Shown here: piece after piece, positions 17,163 through 24,000 of the stretch
Numbering within the stretch: the first letter of the stretch is position 1
Layout of the letters: each line of letters opens with the position of its first letter
NCBI RefSeq assembly: GCF_049677355.1
Contig: NZ_CP187261.1
Span: 1,815,876 to 1,839,875, forward strand
Length of the DNA: 24,000 bases
DNA from: Methanobacterium sp. MBAC-LM
Lineage (GTDB): Archaea; Methanobacteriota; Methanobacteria; Methanobacteriales; Methanobacteriaceae
Direction of reading: 5' to 3'
Made by a program: the position numbers and the translations under genes
The notes under the pieces: generated by a model
Database searches by the model: none
The model's input: only the letters and a program-made list of their open reading frames with translations
Told to the model about the DNA's origin: nothing

Positions 17163-17355
17163 TCAATAATTAAATCTAATCTCTTTTTAAGACAATAAGT
17201 GGAGCTATTTTATTATTTAATATTCCTTCTTGATATTTTTTATTTGATATTTTTAATCCCCTTTTTACCATTACAAAATAAAAAAAAATAGTACTATTTT
17301 AAAGTATATGATATTTATTATATTTTCTAAACTCATTAAAAATTATATCAATGAT

Positions 17356-18606
17356 TTAAAACCCAATATTAAAATAAATAACAATCGCCGGCACAATCAG
17401 AACCCCCATCAAGTTCGATTTATTCACCCCCAGATAATGGGGAAGTAGTCCCAGTGCAATCGCTGTTATATACACAAGCAGCATGAAAAAGAGGTTTGCA
17501 TGGTACCAAAGAGCAAATCCAACTACAAGCATGCTCATAAAAGTTATCACCAAGCATGAAAGTTTCCTATAATTTATCTTTTCTATTAACTCGCTTACAA
17601 TATCTCCTAATTTCAAACATAAAAATACCGAAATTGAGACCGCTGTTAATGCAGTAAATACAAAAAATAGCAGGTGGTTAAAATCGAAATTCTGCAAGAT
17701 GTTTTTCACGTAAACCGCGATTCCACTTCTCGGATTCCCAATTAAAAATATCATTACAAGTGAAAATAACGTATCTGCCGTGTTAACACCGCTTAATGCT
17801 GTTATAAATCTTTCATTATTGTTTTTAAAATCCTCTCCCCCAATTAGTTCCTGTGCAATCAGGCTTCCCTGTGCAGGCCCAAATCCAGGTAAAAACCCAA
17901 GAATGCTTCCTGCAACTCCACCTGCAAAAATTCCCCTGAGTATATCACTGTTAATTTTAAAATGATGGAACCTGTTTTGTGTTGGGACAAATGAACGCTG
18001 TTGTAAACTATAAATTAATGTGCTTACACCGAAAAGTCCAGTGAAAACACAAAGTAGCGAGACATTAGAAGATACAGGTGAATTCAGCATGATATAACCC
18101 ATAATTCCAGAAAATAAAAACAAAACAACTGACCACATTAGCGACTTTAAGTTGTTGTTCAATCTTATAAACATGAACATAGTGATTATTACAAGTAAAA
18201 TCCAGATATAAGGCTTAATCTGCCCATAAACTGCAGGCAGGACCATTATGAAAATTGGTAAAAGAATAACTGTAATTAAAATTGCCCCAAAACCACCTGC
18301 TGCTGCTAACCTCACTGCATCCTTACCCCTACCTTCAAGCAGGAGCTGATGACCTGGTAAAACTGATAAAACTGTGCCTTCCTCTGGAACTCCAAGAAAC
18401 ATGGAAGGTATAAATTCTAAAAGGGCGTGGGAAATAGCCATGGAAATTAAAAATACACATAAAACTTCAGGGGAATAAGAGGCCAAAAGAAAGGGAGATG
18501 AAGCAAAAATAAACGCTCCAACCGTGTTAACATGAATTCCAGGAATTAAACCAGTTACAACACCACATAATACTCCTATTATACATGCAAGTATCAAATC
18601 AAACAT
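17356..18606 (-). CDS. TctA-family (DUF112) polytopic membrane permease
   Basis: 416 aa, very hydrophobic. Internally duplicated GL(I/L)PG(I/F)(H/G) motifs ([11 protein letters not shown] near the N-terminus, [12 protein letters not shown] mid-protein) are typical of TctA/DUF112 proteins. GGGGT lies 5 nt before the ATG. Confidence 0.6.
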   Translation of the reverse strand: MFDLILACIIGVLCGVVTGLIPGIHVNTVGAFIFASSPFLLASYSPEVLCVFLISMAISHALLEFIPSMFLGVPEEGTVLSVLPGHQLLLEGRGKDAVRLAAAGGFGAILITVILLPIFIMVLPAVYGQIKPYIWILLVIITMFMFIRLNNNLKSLMWSVVLFLFSGIMGYIMLNSPVSSNVSLLCVFTGLFGVSTLIYSLQQRSFVPTQNRFHHFKINSDILRGIFAGGVAGSILGFLPGFGPAQGSLIAQELIGGEDFKNNNERFITALSGVNTADTLFSLVMIFLIGNPRSGIAVYVKNILQNFDFNHLLFFVFTALTAVSISVFLCLKLGDIVSELIEKINYRKLSCLVITFMSMLVVGFALWYHANLFFMLLVYITAIALGLLPHYLGVNKSNLMGVLIVPAIVIYFNIGF

Positions 18607-19154
18607 TTTAAACCCCTGAGTTTCTCAATATACTTTAAACAGAAATGCACAAATAATGTAGAAAGTTAGTAATCTCTGTATTACATTAATAATAATATAT
18701 ATAAAATTATTTGTTTTATTTTCAGCAATTTGAAAATAGAAAAGATAACATGGGAAAATTGCAGCCAGATGAGAGTTGAAGTCCATTTACCTCTTAAAAA
18801 TCAAGAATATCTTCTAAAATATTTTTCACCAGTTATTTTAGTTTAAATACTACGACAAACTTTTTTAAACATTAAAATTCATAATACAAAGCGTTGAATT
18901 AATACTACAAAGTCAATTCAATCAACTGTAATTAAACGCGACCCGCTATTCCCAATTAAGGAAATGCTTAAATACTATTTTATTAACTTTGAATACTCTA
19001 AATCTCCCATAACTTTAACTTAATTGATTTTAATGAATTATACGCCCTAAAGAAGTTCAGGGAGTATAATTTAGATGCTTAATGCAAAAATTGGATAATT
19101 TTAGCATGATCAAATTACGGAATGTATTCTTTGTAATTAAACGGAGTAGTTTAA

Positions 19155-20531
19155 ATGGTTAAGGAGAAAAACGTCCAGTTTGTAATTATAGCAGCTGTAA
19201 TTACAGCTATTGGAGGAATGTTATTTGGATATGATACTGGAGTAATTTCCGGGGCAATATTATTTATCAGAGAATCTTTTTCACTTTCGAGTACAGCTCA
19301 AGAAATTGTTGTAAGTTCTGTACTCATTGGTGCCGTAATAGGTGCAAGTATAAGTGGACTCTTAGCTGATAAATACGGCCGGCGGATAATGGTTATAGTT
19401 GCAGCCACTATTTTTGGAATAGGTGCTATATTCACTGCATTAACTCCAGAAGTTTATGCTTTAATTGCAGGTAGAATTGTAGTAGGCATAGCTATTGGAA
19501 TAGCATCATTTATTGCTCCCCTCTATATTGCCGAGGTTGCACCAGTTAGCATAAGAGGTGCACTTGTATCATTAAACCAGCTCGCCATAACAATAGGTAT
19601 AGTTATTTCATACCTTGTGGATTTTGCTTTTGCCCCAAGTGGAGGTTGGCGCTGGATGCTGGGATTAGCTGTAGTCCCAAGTATCATACTGGGAATTGGT
19701 ATGTATTTAATGCCACCAAGTCCTCGCTGGCTTTACAGTAAAGGGAGAATTGACAAAGCACGCTCTGTCCTTGAACGTATAAGAATGACCAAAAATGTAA
19801 GTGAAGAAATGAAAGAAATTAGAGCGAGTCTAGTCTGTGAACAGGAATGTAAATGGTCAGAAATATTAGATCCGGTGGTTAGACCCGCATTAATAATAGG
19901 CATAGGGCTTGCGGCGTTTCAACAGTTGACCGGTATTAACACAGTTATTTATTATGCACCGACCATCCTTGAATTTGCAGGTTTTCAATCGGCCGCTGTT
20001 TCAATACTTGCAACTGCAGGAATTGGTATGATAAACGTAATCATGACAGTTGTAGCGATTTCATTAATAGACAGAGTTGGAAGGAGGCCATTACTCTTAA
20101 TTGGCCTTATTGGAATGATAATCAGCCTTGCAATATTAGGGATAGCTTTCGTTTTACCGGGATTATCAACTTCTTTAGGTTTACTCGCTGTTATAAGTTT
20201 AATGCTGTATGTCGGTTCATTTGCCATAGGTTTAGGGCCTGTTTTCTGGTTAATGATTTCAGAAATTTATCCGCTGCGGATAAGGGGCCGTGCAATGAGC
20301 ACTGCTACAATAGTTAACTGGGGCACTAACTTGGTGGTGGCAATAACGTTTTTATCACTTATTCAACTAATTGGAACCCCAGGCACGTTCTGGCTTTACG
20401 GTATAATTGGAATTATTACATGGGTTTTTGTTTATTTCCTTGTACCTGAAACCAAAGGAAAATCTCTTGAAGAAATTGAAATGGAGTTAAGGGCAGGAAA
20501 ACACATTCAAGAAATGAAAAATGCAAAATAA
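19155..20531 (+). CDS. MFS transporter, sugar porter family
   Basis: 12-TM profile with sugar-porter signatures: GYDTGVISGA, DKYGRR, PPSPRWL, GRRPLLL and the C-terminal PETKGKSLEEIE. GGAG lies 8 nt before the ATG. Confidence 0.85.
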   Translation: MVKEKNVQFVIIAAVITAIGGMLFGYDTGVISGAILFIRESFSLSSTAQEIVVSSVLIGAVIGASISGLLADKYGRRIMVIVAATIFGIGAIFTALTPEVYALIAGRIVVGIAIGIASFIAPLYIAEVAPVSIRGALVSLNQLAITIGIVISYLVDFAFAPSGGWRWMLGLAVVPSIILGIGMYLMPPSPRWLYSKGRIDKARSVLERIRMTKNVSEEMKEIRASLVCEQECKWSEILDPVVRPALIIGIGLAAFQQLTGINTVIYYAPTILEFAGFQSAAVSILATAGIGMINVIMTVVAISLIDRVGRRPLLLIGLIGMIISLAILGIAFVLPGLSTSLGLLAVISLMLYVGSFAIGLGPVFWLMISEIYPLRIRGRAMSTATIVNWGTNLVVAITFLSLIQLIGTPGTFWLYGIIGIITWVFVYFLVPETKGKSLEEIEMELRAGKHIQEMKNAK

Positions 20532-20546
20532 AGGTTGAATTCTACC

Positions 20547-22433
20547 ATGGAAAATAAATTCAAAGATATTGAAAATTACGGCATTATAGGGAACCTTGAA
20601 ACATGTGCCCTTATTGGTAGTGATGGATCTATAGATTGGATGTGTCTCCCATACCTGGAATCGCCTTCAATTTTTGCAGCAATTTTAGATAACAAACGAG
20701 GCGGACATTTTGCTATTCACCCTGTCTCAAAATTCAGCTCATTTCAGGCTTATATTAAAGAAACCAATATCCTTCAAACTACATTCAATACTCCCTTTGG
20801 AATGGTTACAATAACTGATTTTATGCCCGTCAATCTTTATGACGGGACTAAACACCATAGAACTCTTTATCGGAAAGTTAAGTGCATTGAAGGACATATT
20901 CGGCTTGAATTAAGTTTCAAACCACGTTTTAATTATGCCAAGGATGTTCCTGATTTCAAGTTAATAGATGGAGGAGCAATATGCAGTTTTGAAGATAATG
21001 AGCTATTTTTAAATACAGCTGTTCCACTCAAAATCGAAGAGGATGAAATAACAAGCCAGTTCAACATGAGAAAGGACATGGAAATATGGTTTGTTCTTCA
21101 ATATAACCAGCAGGATCATTATTCTCCAGAGTATCCTCCAGATTATGATAAGTTTAATAGAAAATTGGATACCCTGCAGGAATACTGGCAAAACTGGACT
21201 TACAAATGCCACAAAATCTGTATTCTTGAAGATATCTGGCATGATATCATTGCCCGCTCTGGTTTAGTACTTAAATTACTGGCAAATCCAGAAAGCGGGG
21301 CAATTGCAGCTGCTGCCACAACATCCCTCCCCGAATGTACAGGAGGAGTAAGAAATTGGGACTACCGCTATGCATGGATTAGAGATTCGGCATATACTAT
21401 ACAGGCGCTTTTCCACCTTGAACATGTACAAGAATCCCAGGATTACCTGAGATGGATTAACAGCATTATAAAACAGGACACTCATCCTTCAGATATCCGC
21501 ATAATGTACCCACTCCATAAAGACGAGGCCATTGAAGAACAGATGCTGGAATATCTTTCAGGCTACAAACAATCAAGCCCTGTCAGGATAGGAAATGCTG
21601 CCTTTAACCAAAAACAGCTCGATATTTATGGGGAACTAATAAATGCCATTTACGATACCACCCGTTATGGGAAGGATATTTCAGATAAAACATGGGAATT
21701 TATAAGAAAATTTGTAGATTATATCTGCGAAGTTTGGAACACTAAAGATCGTGGAATATGGGAAATAAGGGGTGAACCCCGCCATTATGTACATTCAAAA
21801 CTTATGTGCTGGGTAGCTGTTGATCGCGGGATCAAAATAGCAAAATTTAAGAAGACTGAGACTTCCTGCAACTGGGAAGAAACAAAAAACGAGATAGAAA
21901 CTGCAATACTGGAAAAAGGTTTTAATAAAGAATTAAACAGTTTTGTTCAGTCCTTTGATTCAGATGCCATCGATGCAACAACACTGCTCATTCCAAGAAT
22001 GGGTCTTCTGCCCTATGACGATCCGCGAGTTCAAGGCACCATTGAAGCTGTGATGAAAAATTTAATGACTGAAAAAGGCCTTGTCTACCGCTACAAAAAT
22101 GAAGACGGACTTCCCGGAGATGAAGGGTGTTTTTTACTTTGTTCTTTCTGGCTAGTTGATTCACTTGCTCTTTCTGGAAGGTTAGATGAAGCAATAAGTA
22201 TATTTGTTAATGTGCTCCAGTTAATGAGCCCTTTAGGTCTCCTGGCTGAAGAAATAGATCCCAAAACGGGTAAATTACTCGGAAATTTCCCTCAAGCGTT
22301 CAGCCACATAGGTCTAGTTAACAGCGCATTATATATAGGGATAGCCAGAGGTAGGAAACATAAAGGGCCTAAACCTCAAGGGTTCAAACACAGCGTGCCT
22401 TATAAAAAGGAAAAATTCAAAATAAAGAAATAG
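20547..22433 (+). CDS. Glycoside hydrolase family 15 protein (glucoamylase, glucodextranase or trehalase type), cytoplasmic
   Basis: The N-terminal YGIIGNLETCALIGSDGSIDWMCLPY, then WDYRYAWIRDSAYT, RGIWEIRGEP (general-acid Glu context) and LLAEEIDPKTGKLLGNFPQAFSHIGLV (general-base Glu context) are GH15 hallmarks. No signal peptide. The start is either ATG 20547 or TTG 20535, 4-16 nt after the transporter stop. Confidence 0.85.
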   Translation: MENKFKDIENYGIIGNLETCALIGSDGSIDWMCLPYLESPSIFAAILDNKRGGHFAIHPVSKFSSFQAYIKETNILQTTFNTPFGMVTITDFMPVNLYDGTKHHRTLYRKVKCIEGHIRLELSFKPRFNYAKDVPDFKLIDGGAICSFEDNELFLNTAVPLKIEEDEITSQFNMRKDMEIWFVLQYNQQDHYSPEYPPDYDKFNRKLDTLQEYWQNWTYKCHKICILEDIWHDIIARSGLVLKLLANPESGAIAAAATTSLPECTGGVRNWDYRYAWIRDSAYTIQALFHLEHVQESQDYLRWINSIIKQDTHPSDIRIMYPLHKDEAIEEQMLEYLSGYKQSSPVRIGNAAFNQKQLDIYGELINAIYDTTRYGKDISDKTWEFIRKFVDYICEVWNTKDRGIWEIRGEPRHYVHSKLMCWVAVDRGIKIAKFKKTETSCNWEETKNEIETAILEKGFNKELNSFVQSFDSDAIDATTLLIPRMGLLPYDDPRVQGTIEAVMKNLMTEKGLVYRYKNEDGLPGDEGCFLLCSFWLVDSLALSGRLDEAISIFVNVLQLMSPLGLLAEEIDPKTGKLLGNFPQAFSHIGLVNSALYIGIARGRKHKGPKPQGFKHSVPYKKEKFKIKK

Positions 22434-22510
22434 AATCAATGTTCAATAATGAATTAGAAATTAGAATTAAAATAAATTATAATCTAAATAAAAAAATAGA
22501 GAGATTAAAA

Positions 22511-22780
22511 TTACATTAATCTTCTAGTATCAGTAACTTCTATACTGTTAACTCCGCTTAGTTTAGCGAGGTTTTCTTCAACCTTTTCAGTTCCCCCTTC
22601 CTGGTCTTCTACAATGACCATAACGTTGAGGGCTACAAGACCAAAAGCAATTGGTTCTTCGTCTATTTTATGAAGTTCTGCGCCTTCAGGAATTGATGTT
22701 TGAATATCTGATTTCAGTTGTTCTAAATCAACTTCAGGACTTTCTGGCATTAATTTTATTGTTGCTACTACTTCTCCCAT
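22511..22780 (-). CDS. ef1b: Translation elongation factor aEF-1 beta
   Basis: 89 aa. MGEVVATIKLMPESPEVDL...EEPIAFGLVALNVMVIVED..GGTEKVEE.L is the characteristic aEF-1beta sequence and length. GGTGAT lies 4 nt before the ATG. Confidence 0.9.
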   Translation of the reverse strand: MGEVVATIKLMPESPEVDLEQLKSDIQTSIPEGAELHKIDEEPIAFGLVALNVMVIVEDQEGGTEKVEENLAKLSGVNSIEVTDTRRLM

Positions 22781-22871
22781 TTAAATCACCAATATAAAAT
22801 TTTGATTGGTTGCTATATTTCAATCAACCAATTAAAAATAGTTTAATTCATATATTATTTATTTAAAATAC

Positions 22872-23033
22872 TTAAGGACCTGTAAATCCGCATTTGCAGG
22901 TATAAAGGTGCCCAAATGTTCGGCACTTTTGACATCTGTAGAGTACTTCGTCACATTCTGGACATTTGAATTTTACACATGTTTCTACAGGGGATATTTC
23001 TTGTTTACATGATACACATTCTGCTTTTGCCAT
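22872..23033 (-). CDS. 53-aa Zn-ribbon protein (four Cys pairs), the small Zn-finger gene typically found beside ef1b in archaea
   Basis: Below the ORF-track size cutoff and found by hand translation: [53 protein letters not shown], stop TAA. Cys pairs are CxxC, CxxC, CxxC and CxC. GGAGGT lies 6 nt before the ATG. The gene sits between the kinase-fold gene and ef1b on the same strand. Confidence 0.75.
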   Translation of the reverse strand: MAKAECVSCKQEISPVETCVKFKCPECDEVLYRCQKCRTFGHLYTCKCGFTGP

Positions 23034-23063
23034 ATAATTACCTCCGAAAATCTTAATTTTGGA

Positions 23064-23726
23064 TTAAAAAACCTCTGGTTTCTTTTCACCACGAATAAAC
23101 GTGCATTTAGAATTCTTACCTTCAATTAGAGAAATAGCTCTCTTGGGAAACTTTCCATTAACAACATAACAGTTTAAGTTATATTCAAGTAAAAGCTCAG
23201 GTAAGTTTACATCAACTGATGTTTCACTAAAATTCAGTAGTTTTTTTGCATTTATACTTTTTAAAAGTTTCGCACCATCTGTAGATGGGTCGACATCATA
23301 TATACCATCTACATTTGTTACTATTAATATTTTGCTTTTGAGGAGCCGTGCTATATAAACTGATATGGAATCCGATGTCACATCCCATGAGTGTTCAAGC
23401 GGATCAAGATACTCAAATAAACGTGAAGGCATCAATACAGGAAGCTTTCCATCAGCTATAATCTTCTTCACGTCTTCAATAGAATAAACTGCCTCTGCAC
23501 CATCTATTTTATCTGCAACAAGCATTCCAAGAATGTCCATGCATAAAATAGCAGTTTTATGGGCAGCTGTATCTGAGAATTTAATATCTGCATCATATTC
23601 CCTTAGTTTATTTGCAAGATCGCCTCCACCGCAGATAACTACGGCATTTTTGCCCACGAGTGCTTTGCAGAACTCTATGGCATCATTTGGAAATAAACTT
23701 CCACCAACTTTAACTACCCATTCCAT
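23064..23726 (-). CDS. Amino-acid-kinase-fold protein, possibly the methanofuran-biosynthesis kinase MfnE
   Basis: 220 aa. N-terminal VKVGGSL, then [12 protein letters not shown] and [10 protein letters not shown], and later TNVDGIYD. These are motifs of the Asp/Glu/uridylate kinase superfamily. Size and pattern fit my recollection of the MfnE family but were not searched. Confidence 0.55.
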   Translation of the reverse strand: MEWVVKVGGSLFPNDAIEFCKALVGKNAVVICGGGDLANKLREYDADIKFSDTAAHKTAILCMDILGMLVADKIDGAEAVYSIEDVKKIIADGKLPVLMPSRLFEYLDPLEHSWDVTSDSISVYIARLLKSKILIVTNVDGIYDVDPSTDGAKLLKSINAKKLLNFSETSVDVNLPELLLEYNLNCYVVNGKFPKRAISLIEGKNSKCTFIRGEKKPEVF

Positions 23727-23755
23727 GTAATCACGCTTTAAATGAATTAATTTAT

Positions 23756-24000
23756 CTACAGGAGTTTTAAATCATGAGTTATTTTATCTATCTTTTCATC
23801 GTCATCAGGCCCAATACCCAGACATGTCACTGTACCGCTTGGTAATTCTGTCCTCCCAGCATCCTGCACAAGATAATAAGGGACATCAGAGCGCTTTACT
23901 ATTTCATATATTTCATAAAGTTCCTTTAAGTCTTTAACTTTAACTACAACTTTCTTTTCGCCGCCTAATTCCCATTTCATAATCTTTCTTTTATCTGCCC
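23756..24000 (-). CDS. pth2: Archaeal-type peptidyl-tRNA hydrolase Pth2; 5' end beyond the window
   Basis: The C-terminal sequence [11 protein letters not shown]...EL.EIYE....[42 protein letters not shown] is the Pth2 signature. The frame stays open upstream of the track Met (23980) to the window end (..ADKRKIMKW..), so that Met is internal. Confidence 0.85.
   Translation of the reverse strand, partial: ADKRKIMKWELGGEKKVVVKVKDLKELYEIYEIVKRSDVPYYLVQDAGRTELPSGTVTCLGIGPDDDEKIDKITHDLKLL

Noticed and set aside
22805-22832. ATTGGTTG-N12-CAACCAAT hairpin between the Zn-ribbon gene and ef1b as a riboswitch or attenuator
   Set aside because: It has only an 8-bp A/T-rich stem with no flanking conserved structure that I can recognise. 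It is mentioned within the microprotein finding but not called as a feature.
1-24000. CRISPR arrays, transposases or integrases, tRNA or rRNA genes, prophage or integrative-element boundaries
   Set aside because: I saw no regularly spaced direct repeats, no recombinase-like ORFs, no GC-rich cloverleaf-capable segments and no long terminal repeats. The adhesin and sugar modules look accessory, but no mobility signature is visible.

Overview
AT-rich archaeal chromosomal window, most consistent with a hydrogenotrophic methanogen of the Methanobacteriales. Evidence for this: cdhAB of CODH/ACS, aEF-1beta, archaeal Pth2, TTTATATA-type TATA boxes, GGTGAT-type Shine-Dalgarno sites 3-5 nt from start codons, and Asn/Ser/Thr-rich beta-helix adhesin-like proteins. 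Gene order: (1) cdhB (partial) and cdhA on the minus strand, behind a tandemly duplicated promoter module. (2) Two divergently transcribed paralogous secreted beta-helix surface proteins flanked by long AT-rich spacers. (3) A metal-handling neighbourhood: a DUF2162-like Cys-motif permease, an ExbB-like protein and an ExbD-like protein in one operon, a convergent FmdE-family Zn-ribbon protein, then an ECF Ni/Co importer (cbiM, PDGLE/nikN-like, cbiQ) with no ATPase gene. (4) A type II/IV secretion ATPase plus a single-domain T2SS-F platform protein with no pilin or peptidase genes. These are divergent, across only 48 bp, from an apparently leaderless Cys-rich Trm1-like methyltransferase, a small GIY-YIG-like protein and a Zn-ribbon membrane protein. 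(5) An orphan TctA-like permease. (6) A sugar-porter MFS transporter coupled to a GH15 glycoside hydrolase. (7) A housekeeping minus-strand operon: pth2, amino-acid-kinase-fold (MfnE-like) protein, a 53-aa Zn-ribbon protein absent from the ORF track, and ef1b. I found no rRNA, tRNA, CRISPR array, transposase or integrase. The best candidate for an uncharacterised system is the DUF2162/ExbB/ExbD-like proton-channel module, which sits beside the ATPase-less Ni/Co ECF transporter in an organism without an outer membrane. All homology calls rest on motif recognition by eye and memory, because no searches were run.
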